DNA of 64,000 bases, taken from the NCBI RefSeq assembly GCF_964204645.1, contig NC_134029.1, forward strand, positions 12,922,850 to 12,986,849. The letters are read 5' to 3'. The notes below the pieces were generated by a model. It did not search any database. It worked only from the letters and a program-made list of their open reading frames with translations, and was not told the origin of the DNA. The position numbers were made by a program, and so were the translations under genes. The DNA comes from Tubulanus polymorphus. Taxonomy: Eukaryota > Animalia > Nemertea. Shown piece after piece: positions 37,746-51,400 of the stretch; the first letter of the stretch is position 1; each line of letters opens with the position of its first letter.

Positions 37746-40700
37746 ATGCAACTATATTTCAACTTGGGTTTATATTCTCACTTGGGGCGTAACATAAGTC
37801 AGACGAAATCGTCTGAAGAATTTTGTCTTCAATTCAGTTTTGCAGCAATCTTTAACGCATCCACCGGTATACAAGTTCTGAAGAGAAAAATAAGAGACTG
37901 TGACGCCGATTTTTTCGATGATCTGAAACTGAGCGAGGAATTAAGATATTTGCAAGATGGACGGAAACCTCGTATGCAGAATTATCTGTCAACGGTTGCG
38001 GGTTTGTACTCACCTGATGACTTCAAATCACGGTTCAGGATAAGCAGACAGACATTTGCCGTACTAGAAAATCACATTACGCCTATTCTTGCCGCATCTC
38101 GGACAAGAAATTCGGACATATCGTATCAAAAGCAAATACTCATTTTCATATATTACTGTAGTACGGTACCCAGGATCCATTGATTAGAATTGCTGATATA
38201 TTTGGCTGTTGTGAAGCATCAGTGTTTAGTATTATTGGTAAGTCAAAATGATCACGTTATGTACAATATGAATAGCAGACAAAGTTACATCAACTCCTTT
38301 AAGCAGTAGGCTATGTTCCATCTCTTTGTCATTTCAGCTAAGTTGAGTCAGATCATCAACAAGAATTTGCTGAAGAAGTTTATTAAATGGCCAACTGGTG
38401 ATAATGTTCAAGAGGTGTTCAATGGTTTCGAAGAGAAACGACATTTTCCAAAAGTGATAGGAGCACTGGAAGGTACTCACATCCCTATCAAAACACCAAA
38501 AAAGATTGCGAAGTCTACATTAACAGGAAAAAATTTCATTCAATCAGTGTCACTGCTGTGTGCTGTTTTGCCCTTTCGTGTAGCTGAAGTTCCAGCATTT
38601 TATCATTGTGGAGTAGATTTTTTTGGCCCCCTCTACGCTAGTTCAAATTCTACCACACCAATTAAATGCTACGGACTCTTATTTACTTGTGCTGTAACAC
38701 CATTCATTTGGAGCTTGTTCCATCATTATAAACTCCAGATTTCATGCTTGCTTTTCGTAGGTTCATTTCAAGACGCTCAATACCGAAAATGTTGTTGTCA
38801 GATAACGCCTCTACGTTTTGTTGTGCGGAAAAGGAGGTAACGAGTCTCTTGAAATCAACATGCATAAGTGTGCTGTTTTGCCGTTTCGTGTAGCTGAAGT
38901 TCCAGCATTTTATCGTTGTGGAGTAGATTTTTTTGGCCCCCTCTACGCTAGTTCAAATTCTACCACACCAATTAAATGCTACGGACTCTTATGTACTTGT
39001 GCTGTAACACCATACATTTGGAGCTTGTTCCATCATTATAAACTCCAGATTTCATGCTTGCTTTTCGTAGGTTCATTTCAAGACGCTCAATACCGAAAAT
39101 GTTGTTGTCAGATAACGCCTCTACGTTTTGTTGTGCGGAAAAGGAGGTAACGAGTCTCTTGAAATCAACATGCATAAGTCGTGAATTAGCAGCACAAGGG
39201 GTGAAATGGAAATTTATTGTCAAACGGGCCCCATGGCATGGCGGATTTTGGGAGAGGTTGATGAAGTTGTCAAAAGATTGTATTAAAAGGGTCTTAGGCA
39301 GATCTACTTGTACTTACGATGAATTATGTACTTTATTATACGAGGTTGAGGCTTGCCTCAACGACCGTCCATTAACGTATGTTTCTAGCGATGTATCCGA
39401 TGGAGAAGCGTTAACTCCTTCTCATTTGCTAATGGGGAGGAAGCTGTGTGTTTTACCGCAAATAGATTTCGATCTTGATGAATATCTTCCGAATGTTACC
39501 GATCTTATTGAGCGAAAACGCTATTTGGAATCAGTTCTCCGTTCTTTTTGGATTCGCTGGAGACACGAGTATCTCACAGCGTTAAGAGAAGTTCATAAGG
39601 ATAGCGGAAATGTCGATTATATAGTGCATGGTTCTGTTGTGCAAATTCATGAAGATTGCACTCCGCGCTTTAAGAGGAATCTAGGTGTTATTACGGCTGT
39701 TCACCCAGGAGGGCGTTCGGCCACCGTGAAAACTGCGAATGGCGTCACATCACGCCCAGTGTCGAAATTATACCCACTAGAGGTGTATGCGTCAAATGTT
39801 GCGGATTGTGGCGAAATTAATCCGGTTACGGGAAACGTTCTGCCGAAGGAACGACCTCCAAAGCGCGCTGCTTCGGAGATGGCTAGATGCAGAATTTCCG
39901 CACTATTCGGTGGCCCGGTGGAAGATCATAGTGATAGTGAATAATATATTTCTTTATAGTACTTACCAGTTAAATCCTAATGATACTACTACTTATTTTG
40001 TATACATGTAATATATATTGTTATTTTGAGGCGGATGTCATGAATTATATTTATCTACTTATTCATGTCAGTTGTTATGGATATAAAGGGTTGTTGCTAC
40101 TATTATATTTGAAGTCAAGCCTTTGCTTACTGTGTTCACTCATGTGACATATTCTGTTTAAAACTTGCCCAGAATGCAAATAAAGATCACTTCTGTAATA
40201 GCATACGACGTGTCAGTCCTCTCTATGTCTCGGCCGTATGAAGTCAAGACACGATCATCAAATGCTGTTCACGTTTGTGTGTGTGGGCTGGCCAGGATCC
40301 ACACATGATTCGAGGGTGTTCAAAAATTCAAAACTAGGAACTGCTTGTGAGGACTTAGAAAAAAGAAGTGGTTTGTTCCCTAATAATAGCCATATTCTCA
40401 GTGACTCAGCATATGAGTTGAATGATTACCTCTTGACTCCATTTAAAGATAATGGGGCGCTCTCTCAAATCGAGAAAGACTATAATTTCTACCATAGTTC
40501 GACAAGAATAAAAATCGAGAACACTTTCGGTTGTCTTAAAGGTCGCTTTAAATATATTGACATGCATGATCCACAGAGACTTGTTGACTTGATATTAAGT
40601 TGTTTTGTGTTACACAACATCTGTTTGCATAATCATAATGCTGTAGAAGATCAATTCAATGAAGACGTCGAGATGGAGGAACAGGCACATAATGAAATTG

Positions 40701-40774
40701 AAAATAAAGATGAAAATGTTTCAGCTGTTGCCAAGCGCAGAGCCATTTCTGTCATGTTGTCATTGTACAATTGA
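37746..40774 (+). pseudogene. PIF/Harbinger (HARBI1-like) DDE transposase, with intron 38238-38337, interrupted by a BEL fragment
   Basis: FKSRFRISRQTF, IADIFG, FIKWP, FPKVIGALEGTHIPI (D to E), YINRK.FHSI.VTAVC | DHQMLFT...GWPGSTHDSRVF, DSAY, LLTPF, STRIKIENTFGCLKGRF. Confidence 0.92.
38564..40251 (+). mobile_element. 5'-truncated BEL/Pao retrotransposon: integrase plus C-terminal domain and probable 3' LTR (40036-40251)
   Basis: GVDFFGPLY, AFRRFISRR, SDNASTF, APWHGGFWERL, EVEACLNDRPLT, LTPSHLL, FW.RW..EYL, RPVSKLYPLE. TGTC...GACA LTR-like segment after purine-rich gaggcgga. 310-bp tandem duplication at 38558-39177. Confidence 0.9.
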
Positions 40775-41393
40775 TTTTTGGAGTATGGTTAAATATCGGT
40801 GAGTTGTGTTCTACTGTCAAGCTTTGTCTATGCCCCTTAATCCAAGTGCCCTCGATTGGCATGATTTGGTGAGTAAGTGCCGGCCCTGAAAACTACAAGT
40901 TTGATGTAAAGTGCCCTTTTTTGCCATGATATGACATAGAAAGTGCCCTCCCCCATTATAGTGATTTCCCTTATACAATCGGAACCCCCTCGACAGGGCC
41001 CTGGATTCGCCCATGAAATCTAACTTGGTATTTATTTCATGTATTTTCTGTTTCAGCTGTTCATTGGACAGTAACAAACAGCTCGCAGTAGATTGAATTA
41101 TACCGATTGATTTACAACCAACACTCAGTACCTTGCCAGGAATCATCGTTGTCCGCAATACTGTAAATCGCGTTCTTCAATATATCCGAGGGAACTTTTC
41201 AGGATAATTTCATAAATGTAGTTACATTTAAAATTTAACCAAAATGTGATCTGAAATTTTAATAAGTGTGATTGTGCAATTCATGTGTGATCTGTTGTTA
41301 TACTCAATATAGAGGAAAAAAATATACGTACAATTGACCAGATACATAAAATTGTTTTCGACCTCTCTTCTCTACTTCAATATTAGTTGGCTA

Positions 41394-41556
41394 CAGTAAC
41401 CTCATTACAGCAAACATCAAGGGACCAGAAAATCTGTTCGTTATAACCGATAGTTCGCTACATCCAGTATGAAATCAAATTGTTTTACATGGGACAAAAT
41501 TCTGTTTGTTATATATGATGAATCGTATCCGAGTTTGTTATAATGAGATTCCACTG
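41394..41556. mobile_element. Tc1/mariner (pogo/Tigger-type) MITE
   Basis: TA|CAGTAACCTCATTACAGCAAAC ... GTTTGTTATAATGAGATTCCACTG|TA. Confidence 0.75.
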
Positions 41557-41737
41557 TATTTTGCTTGGTGTTCTGGCTGTATTTTTGTCACACAAGTGGT
41601 CGACATGACGGCATGCTTAAAACAAAGACAGTGAACCTCGCCTTACTCAGACATGGCAAACTCATGATTAATGCGGACAATGAAGAACTGTAATCATTTT
41701 CTATATTCTAATTCTTAATTCAGACCAAATTGGCTGG

Positions 41738-41918
41738 CGGTTCCTGAACTTCGCTGAAAAAGCTGAAACACTGAAAAGCTGAAACGCTGAAATAAAAACG
41801 CTGAAATTTCAGGGAATTTCCGAAAAACGCCGAAATTTCAGGGAATTCCCGAAAAACGCTGAAATCGTGCATCTGATATTTTCAGTGATTCAGCTTTTTC
41901 AGCGAAGTTCAGGAACCG
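41738..41918. mobile_element. 181-bp ends-only derivative of the 6832-9399 element, without TSD
   Basis: Same CGGTTCCTGAACTTCGCTGAAAAAGCTG termini at both ends. Flanks attggctgg and ctagtaaag do not match. Confidence 0.85.
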
Positions 41919-42607
41919 CTAGTAAAGGTACTTATCTTACATTTGATGATTTACCTAAATATATGAAATGCTTCAACAAGAACTTTAATTTAAATGAACT
42001 TAATAATAATTCATATAATGGCTTGATATATTCTGATATGGCTGAAGAACCTTATGTTTCATTAGATTCTCTTCTTCATGAAGTATCTCAACCATTTTTT
42101 GCTCTAATGAATGTATCTAGTCAAACTGGCATTTCTACAGCTAATTGTATTGCAATTATAGGCCTTAAAAGCCAATATCCTCATAGTACAAATTCTGATG
42201 GATTTGTTTGTGATTCAGGTGTTTCAGTTTTGCTAGAATTCTGTTCTCCTGAAGATACGTACTTTATGTTCACAATTGCAACTATCACTATTTGATATGA
42301 TGACTTTTAAGATCAAAACATTAACTTCGAAACGAATTACTCAATTAAGTAGGGATTGTAAATTATCTGAAAAATTTGTTGATTTGATGTCTGAAGATGA
42401 TAATAACGATGATTTAGCTTTTTCGAAAACATCTGAATCTTTATTACCTCACCCTGACATGGTAGATAAATATCTTTTGGATCAAGATATTAAGTGTGTT
42501 AGACAAAGGAGACAAAAACTTGCATGGGTCCATAAAATGCGAACTGATGAAAACGCGAAGCAGAGCGCATAAAAGAAAAAGAACACAAGAACCTCATGCG
42601 AGCTAAC

Positions 42608-42945
42608 CCTGAAAAACGTCAAGCTGAACGTAAACGAGAATTGATCGGGAAACAATCACAAAGAGCCATCCCTGAAAGGTACAAAGCTGAGCGTATTCTA
42701 GTGAATAAATATAGACAGGAGCAAAGAGCCATCCCTGAAAAACGTCAAGTTGAACGTAAACGAGAATTGATCGGGAAACAATCACAAAGAGCCAGTCCTG
42801 AAAAACGTCAAGTTGAACGTAAACGAGAATTGATCGGGAAACAATCACAAAGAGCCATCCCTGAAAAACGTCAAGTTGAATGTAAACGAGAATTGATCGG
42901 GAAACAATCACAAAGAGCCATTCCTAAAAAACGTCAAGTTGAACG
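42608..42945 (+). repeat. Coding 63-bp tandem repeat (PEKRQVERKRELIGKQSQRAI, ~5 copies)
   Basis: Visible in ORF 42596-42961. Confidence 0.9.
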
Positions 42946-43063
42946 AGAAAAAGCAAGCTGAAACATTGTATGATCGCAATCGTAAGAAGGTTTTGCGAAA
43001 ACAGCCATTAATGCTTGAGATGGAAAGAGTTCAGAAGCAAGCTCAAAGATCATACAGACATAT

Positions 43064-46000
43064 GGGTCATTCTCCGCTAAATGTGAAAACACGTGTCCCT
43101 GGACATTTAACGTTAGAATTAAAATTGTGAATGGATTTTTAATTTTTTTTTTTCAGCTGTGAATGATCATTTAGATATATGCTTTTAATTTATGTACTTT
43201 TTATGACATTCATTTATAAATAAAAATTTATTTCTCAATTTAAAAAAACCATGGGCATCCATTTTAGCGTGTCCCCAACGAACCCGATCCAGTTTATTAA
43301 CTTTATTTAAAAAACACCAACATATTTGAAGTTCATATTTTATGGTTACATCCTAAGATAAATGATTTAGAAAAACAATGATAAAAGTCATTACCCATTA
43401 CCAAAGGATTTGAGCCGTTTTTTAGAAAAAAAAATCCTTAAAAAAACCTGTCCCTCATTTTCGTTCATCTCCGTCACGCTGGATCTTAGGCGACCCTAAG
43501 CAAGCAAGAAAAACAAAAAAATCGACAAGGTCATGTGGAACGTACCATACGGCGCCATTTTCAAAAATACTGACCACGGTTAGACGTTGAAGGTAAGAAT
43601 AACAGCAATATATCATGATATTTCATTGGAGACGGGCGCGTATGTTAATTCATCATCATCTCCGAACGTAGTAATATGAAGAGACGTGATCGACAGTAGA
43701 AAAAGTCACCGGCACACGATGAATAGCAAAGAAACGCGGTCACATTGTTCTAATTGTTCACCCGTGACGACGATCAATAATTGTGTCAATATTGAATAAA
43801 CGTTATCCCTTTCATTTCCGTCACGTTCATCTCCGTCACATTTCAGTAGTCTAGTATTTGTGACGGAGATGAAAGGTTTTGTGACGGAAATGAAAAAAAA
43901 ACGAAACGGCTTGGTTTCATGGATGATTTAATTTATTTTGATAAGAGATAACATGTAAAAATAATGTCAAACTATTACTGATATAGATCAACTGTTTATC
44001 TTCTCAGAAACATGGTTCTTACCAATGCTGAAAGGGCAAAACGCTACAGAGAAAAGAAAAAGAACAGCGATCCTGCATACCTCGAAAAGTAATCAAAGAG
44101 AAAACGTGAGGCGTATGTGCCTATCGCCGAACGTTCAAAACGAGAAATCCGTCGCACGCGCCGGCACTGGCGGAAATTAAAGAATAATGAAAAAATAAGA
44201 CGTGAAAGTCAGCCCCTCACACCCCCAACAACACCGAATGAGCCTGTACAAGCCGTGCGCGGGAGGAGAAAAATTAGGAGAGATAGGGCAAAGGCCTATA
44301 GAACGATTGCCGATTTAGATGCAAAATTAACTGCAGCCAAAAAGCAGAAAGACCGGTATAAAAAGCGATGGTCAAGACTACGCGTTAAATCTAACGAAGC
44401 GAAAGATCAAACTGGTACCCCACGTGGAAAATCTAGACAGCTTTTAAAAAGATCCGAAAGGGTGATAAAACATGTCAACGGCAACTACTCTTCCAGACTT
44501 CGATAGTTCATGAAATTCGGGAAAAATATAAGAGTAGCCGAAAACAAAGTGACAGAGCCATGTTTAAAAGAATAACGAGCGATGGTTTGATAAAGAAATA
44601 TAAACTGAAAAAACTGTTGAAAGAATCCACCGCAATTAACCAATCCAGAAAGTGTAAAAGTGTCAGGCAAAGTCGGGCCAATGGAAACATGTGGTCCCGT
44701 ATTAGAAATTTCTATGAACGAGATGATGTGAGTAGGATGATGTCGGGTAAGAAAGACTACATCACCAGAAGAAAGATCCGAAAGCAGAAACGAGTTCTGT
44801 CTGAACATATTTATATACTACATAAAAAATTTCTGTATGAAAATCCTGGCCAAACTCTTAGTTACTCGGCATTTTGCAAGATTCGCCCGTTTTGGGTGGT
44901 CATTCCCACTCAACGGGAGAGGGAAACCTGTGCCTGGAAAAGACACTCAAATATCGATTTAATGGTCAAGAGCTTGGATGCAGAAGGAGCGTTGCCCTCA
45001 AACATGCCCACAAACCACGTTGACCAACTCGTTTGTGACAAGAATCAAAAGGAATGCATGTATGGCACTTGTCTAAAGTGCGTCGGCAAACGCTTGCCTA
45101 CATTAGACCATCGTAAATTCGATCTAATGAAGAAGGTTTCATATGAACAATGGGTAACGAAGACCAATGAAAATAATAAGAAAGTCACCACCAAAGCGAA
45201 CAAAGTGGAAGAGCTGTATGATTTTCATTCTAGGTATGAAACGGAGTTAAAGCCGCGATTTTCAACCCATCTGTTCAACATATCTCACCAATATCAATCG
45301 CTCAGAAAGTTAAAACAAATTATATCCGAAGAGGAAGCTGTCATATATGTAGACTTTTCTGAGAATTACGCTTGTAAATATGGTACCGAAATACAAATTG
45401 TACATTTTGGCGGCTCGCACAAGCAGGCCACCCTCCACACAGGGATAGTATACACTCGACTACGCACCCAGGCATTCTGTAGCGTATCCGAGTCTACGCG
45501 CCATGACCCGGCAGCCATATGGGCTCACTTAAAACCAGTATTGAAAGAATTGAAACAGACTGACCCACGAATCAAATCATTGCACTTTGTCACGGACGGA
45601 CCAACAACACAATATAGAAGTAAAAATAATTTCTACCTTGCTTCAGCCATTTCCCGTACCCATGGGTTTGAAAACGTTAGCTGGAATTTCCTGGAGGCCG
45701 GGCACGGGAAAGGAGCGGCAGATGGGGTCGGGGGTACATTAAAAAGAACAGCAGACGGTCTTATTGTACATGGAAAAGATATTCCAGATGCAAAGTCGTT
45801 GTACGAAACATTATCGTCTGGCCAGGGTGTAAAGATGTACTTCGTCAGTCAAGATGATATCAACAAAATTGATCCAATGATACCAGAAAACTTATCAACT
45901 ATTAAAGGCACGATGAAAATTCATCAGGTAATCAATGACACATTTCTTGTGTCCTAGCTGAAATGCATTCGAAATATGGTAATTAGGCTAAAAAATTGAT

Positions 46001-48441
46001 ACCTTGTTTCTCCGTTCTGCTTAGCTTAAAAATTGACCCGGCCGGCCGACCCGGAGTGGAGTGTAAATTCCAATTGTTTCTTTTTAGTTAGTATTTGGTG
46101 ACGAACCGGGTACACTATTTCATAGAGAAGTCAGCTGTTTCTGTCAGGGCAGTAATCCGGTGAAATGCTCATGTTCCGGGCTTCGCTTCTCATCCTTGTT
46201 TCCAGTGAAAAGTACACCATCGCAAGGTAGGCTAGTTTTTTTAAAGCCATATTTGATCTAATTTATTTAAGAATGAACAATTCTTTCGAGCCAAGGGTTG
46301 AAATTATGATGCTGTGTGACGGAAAATAATGTTACACTCAACACTGATATTTAAAGGCAATAAACGTTATCGTCGCCAATACGGTCTCAAAGACAGAAAT
46401 TACCAGACTCTCAATCTTGCTTGCATTCGTTCAGCTCTCATTTTCTCTCAGTGTTCAATGCAACATCCAGTGGAGGCACAAAACACCAAACATTTATTTT
46501 TATCTATTCTGTACACAAAAAGTATTGGATTCAGTATTTTATGATACACAAACAATAATTACACTCCATCCCTAAGCCTATAAAACGTATGTGTGCATTT
46601 GGTTGATACCTTGTTTCTCATCAAATCGCGAAGCCGCCCGCGTCACCCCCGATAGCCAAAATAGAAAGAAAATAATAAAGTACGAAACCCGCATGAGATT
46701 GCCGGTCGTCTCTTTCTTTTTAAAATAAAACCTCACGCGCGCGTGATTACGCGTTGTACAGTCGTCTTTTTCATGCATGTCGTTTTTAGCGATAATTTGT
46801 ATAAGTAAATTGTGTCATAGTACTGTATTTATTGAACATTTTCATTTTTCTATGATGTACTGGAGCATGTCAAAATTTTTGAGTAGAAGAGATCTTCAGT
46901 AAGTTGTGTTCTTATGTCTTGTCCACTTGACCTTATATGGATCTTGTCGCTGAAAAGAAAAACTCCCATGGTGCTTGTCTCAGTATTAGTATTATACAAG
47001 GAATACTTTTTTTGTATTTGAAAAGAAAAAACACCGCCCACGTATCCTTGGAAAATATGGAAACACGAGTTTATTTCCACTTTTCTATTTTTAAAATACA
47101 ATGTACTCATAAACAAAAGATTTGTCCGCCCATGTCATGTTTAGAAATGACGTTTGGGTGATAAACAAGGTATCAACTTTGAAGGGCCATTTCTATCCTA
47201 GTAGAGAAAATCATGATAGGGTTAAATTTTTCGAATATCTTTCAGGATCGACAGGATCAGGCTTGCAAGCTACTGAAAATTGTGCTGTTGACAATGGATC
47301 TACTGTGGATGAAAGTGGGTCTTCCATCTCTGACGAGACCGATCCGTCTTCATGTATAATTCCGGTTTTGCATGCTGACGAGAACGTTATCGGGAAGTGG
47401 TGTGTGGTCCGATACGATGGAACCCTTTATCCTGGAATAATTCAAGATGTTGACGATGACTGCGTAGAAGTAAAGTCTATGTCAAAAATTAGTCCTAACC
47501 GATATTTTTGGCCTCTTGGGGACGATGTTATTTGGTATGATTACGATGATGTAATAAGCTTGATAAATGAACCTAAACATGTCACAAGTAGACACGTTGA
47601 GGTCGACAAAGAAATCTGGGTTAAGATTTGTGATAAAGCTGAATTAGTATAGAATATTGTGTCATAGAATTGTCTGAGAATTTGCATTTAATACGGTAGA
47701 TCGTGTTATTCTTTTATTGTCAGTTCCGTTAGAGAATGTTTAAAGTTTAGAATTTTTAATGTTAACAAAACCTTTAACGAATATATTTCTCGTTTTTAAC
47801 ACTTAATTTCGTCTGATTCTCACTTTTTTCATCTCCGTCACAGAGAGATCATGGAATGTTCATCTCCGTCACGTAAATTCATCTCCGTTACGATGAACAA
47901 AAATAGATTTTCTCAAGTAATGGAAATACTTATGTAAACAGAAATTGCATGACAAAATAGAATGAAATAAACGTATTTCAGTGACAATGGCATGATTTAA
48001 TTTTTTGTTAGCAGACATGTGAAAATAACTCTACAATATGCTTAAAACGGTTGCTTACTATAAATTACCATACTCCTTAACTTTGGCCCCAAAATACTCC
48101 ACTTATGAAAATCGATATAATATTTGGATTACATCTGAAATATTGTGTTCTTAAATTACTCTAATGAAGTAATCTTATTATATGGATAGTTCTCGAGGAA
48201 TGGATTATAGGCAATATTTATTCAATTATGGATAACCGTGACGGAGATGAATAGGGTCGTGACGCCATCTGTTATAGTGACGTCATAGAGGTCAGTTAAA
48301 GGTCAGTCAGCACTGCTGAGCAATGTTAGTGGGAGAGTTTTATCTTAAATTACAAAAAAATAGTATTTGTTCATGAAACTCTGAAACAAAAATATTGTGA
48401 AGTACTAACTACAAGTTTTCACATTTAGCGGAGAATGACCC
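43064..48441 (+). mobile_element. Sola2-type DNA transposon, full-length
   Basis: 27-bp perfect TIR GGGTCATTCTCCGCTAAATGTGAAAAC and 4-bp TSD ATAT (43060-43063, 48442-48445). Subterminal CATCTCCGTCAC repeats at both ends. Excision restores the Helitron frame (SYRHIHSLEK). Confidence 0.92.
44012..47652 (+). pseudogene. Sola2 transposase, three exons (44012-45927, 46088-46226, 47246-47652)
   Basis: DFSENY, TDGPTTQY..KNNF, GHGKGAADGVGGTLKR. Phase-compatible GT-AG introns. The last exon is Tudor/SH3-like (GKWCVVRYDGTLYPGII...YFWP). One stop at ~44090 and a frameshift at ~44460. Confidence 0.85.
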
Positions 48442-51400
48442 ATATACATTCTTTGGAGAAGACAAGGGATCGTAAAAGAAAGTCAACTTTACGTTTATCT
48501 GATAGTTTTATTGCCTACGAAACCAATATGAAAAAGCAGAAACTTTTAAGAGAATCTCTTGAAGATTGTATCTCAAAATTCCATAAAAGAATTTCTGTTG
48601 GTCCAATTTATGTTTGCTCCTCATGTCACCGTACTTGTTTTAAAGATTCTGTTATTTCGGCTGATTCATTATCAGATACTGGCTATGAAGATATGAAAAA
48701 TATCTGCTTAACCAATTATGTATCAGTTAATGAATTGGAATGGATTTGTCTGACTTGTAGTGATTCCATAAAAAAGAATTCTATGCCAACTCTTTCTGTT
48801 TATAATGGGCTTTATTTTCCACAAAAACCAAATGAATTGGATTTATTTTCGCTTGAGGAAAGACTTATAGCACCTCGTATCCCATTTATGCAGATAAGAG
48901 AATTACCTAGAGGGCGTCAACTGTCATTAAAAGGCAATGTTGTTAATGTACCTTGTGATATTTCAGAAACCATCTGCAGTTTACCTAGGAATTGGACTGA
49001 TACACAAACACTCCATGTTCAATTTAAAAGAAGGAATGAATACAAATCTACTGTTCATTCAGAAAATGTCAGACCTGCCAAAATACAAGCTGCATTTCAA
49101 TGGCTAATGGAAAACAGTGAATTATACAAGAGTTTACAAATACAGTACAATCCTGATTGGTTTGACGTTGAAAACACCGAAGTAAAAGAATACCTTGAAG
49201 AACATGCTGACACTAATAATTCTGAAAATGGAATAACTGATATATTGTCACCTGACAATAAATCTAAAGAGACTGATGGTGACAAATTGATGATACACAG
49301 AATAATACTGGCAATTTAGATACTTTGCTTATTGATGAAAGTGATAGAATAATATCATTTGCTCCTGGTCAGAATCAAAGCCCTTTAAGTATTTTCAAGG
49401 ATGACTTTGCTGAGGAATTGGCTTTCCCAACAATATTCTGTGGTCAGAAGAGGCTTCCCAATACAGCAAGAATAAAACCTGTACATCTTAGCCAGATTTG
49501 TAAGTGGGAACTGTGTAATGTCGATAGGAGAGCTGCCATGTCCGTGCCAAATCTTTTTTTCAAAACATGTAAATTGCAATTGCAACAAGTGTCTGGAAAG
49601 GTATCATTTGCAGTGCGCCGATTCAAAACTAAGGGCAAGACTCTCAAAGCTGGTGATCTTTGCAAGGAATCTGGTCATGATAATTTAGTGAATTTGGATG
49701 ACGGGTACTATATTTTCAAAACACTCTGGTCATGATAATTTAGTGAATTTGGATGACGGGTACTATATTTTCAAAACACTAAAAAATTCTCCAGCTTATT
49801 TAGAGTCAAAAAAGAAACATGTTTTTGCTATGATACGTCAGCTAGGTCTACCTACATGGTTTATTAGTCTTAAGTGCTGCAGATACAAAATGGGTTGATA
49901 TATTGAAAATTCTTGGGAAATTAATTGATAAAACTGATTATTCTGATAATGATATTGAAGCCATGGACTGGCAACAACGTTCGCGACTTCTTAAATCTGA
50001 TCCTGTTACTTGTGCTAGATTCTTTGACCACAGAGTTCACAATTTTATTGAACATGTTTTAAAGAGTGCACATAATCCAATTGGGGAGATTCAAGATATG
50101 TTTTATAGAGTAGAAATGCAACAGCGAGGCTCAGCTCACATTCACATGATTGTGTGGATTAAAGATGCACCTAAGTTTGGAGAACAATCTAATGAAGAAA
50201 TTGCTACATGGCTTGATCAATTTGTCTCATGTACTAGTAATGTGTTGGAATCTGATAAAGAATTTGTGAATCTCCAAAAACATAAACATTCCAAGACATA
50301 TAAAAAGTATAACAAACCCATTTGCAGGTTTGGTTTTCCATTAGCCCCTATGTCACACAATACAATTCTTGAACCATTTGAAGTTAGTAAAGATAAAGAA
50401 GAAAAACCAGATTAGACGAATTTCATCTGAAAGTCACCAACCTTCTTAATGAAGATAAAGAAGGATTAAACATGTCATTTTCAGAATTTTCATCAAAACT
50501 TGAGCTCGATAATGAAACATACCTTAAGGTAATTTCTAGTAAATTGAAAACAGCAAAGGTTTTCCTCAAGAGAGATCCTTGTGATATAAGAATAAATCCA
50601 TATTTTAAGAAAATTCTCTCTGCCTGGCAAGCTAATCATGATTTACAGTTCGTTTTGGACCCATATGCAACTGCAATGTATATCGTCTCGTACATAAATA
50701 AATCCCAAAAAGGTATGAGTCCACTCATGGAACGAGCTTGTAAAGAAGCCAAAGAAGGAAATATGGATATCCGTCAAAAAGTAAGACATATAGGCAATAA
50801 ATTCGTAAATAGTGTAATAGTGTTGAAGTTTGTGCTCAAGAGGCTGCCTATTTAACCCTTGGTTTACCACTGACTAAGTCAACCCGTGCTGTTGTCTTCA
50901 TAAATACGTCACCTGCAGATGAGCGCACATATTTGTTGAAATCTATGGAAGATCTAGAACATTTAGATCCATCATCTTCAGATATAAGCTATAGTAATAT
51001 CATTGACAGATACAGTAAGCGCCCAAAAGCACTTGAAAACTGGTGCCTTGCAGATTACGCTTCACAACTTAACATCACCTATCCTAAAAAACAGACCACA
51101 GCCAATGACAATGAATCAAATTTATACGAGAATGAAGAGCAAGAATATATGGGCAATGAAGAGGATTTCAATGAAACTGAAAATGACAATGATTTGACCG
51201 AACGTCTCAAAATAAAGTGTGCAAATGGCATGACAATTGTACAACGAAAATCTGGCAATTACAGAGTAATAAGATATGTTAATTATAATTTAAAAACTAA
51301 TAAAGAAGAATTTTACAGGGAAAAATTAATGTTGTATATTCCATGGCACAATGAAGATGTTGATATTATCCAAAACAGTCCTTCCTATGAAGACCAGTTT

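Noticed and set aside
37460-41390. TIR boundaries for the Harbinger element
   Set aside because: No matching inverted termini with a TAA/TTA TSD could be found by eye, so only the transposase is reported.
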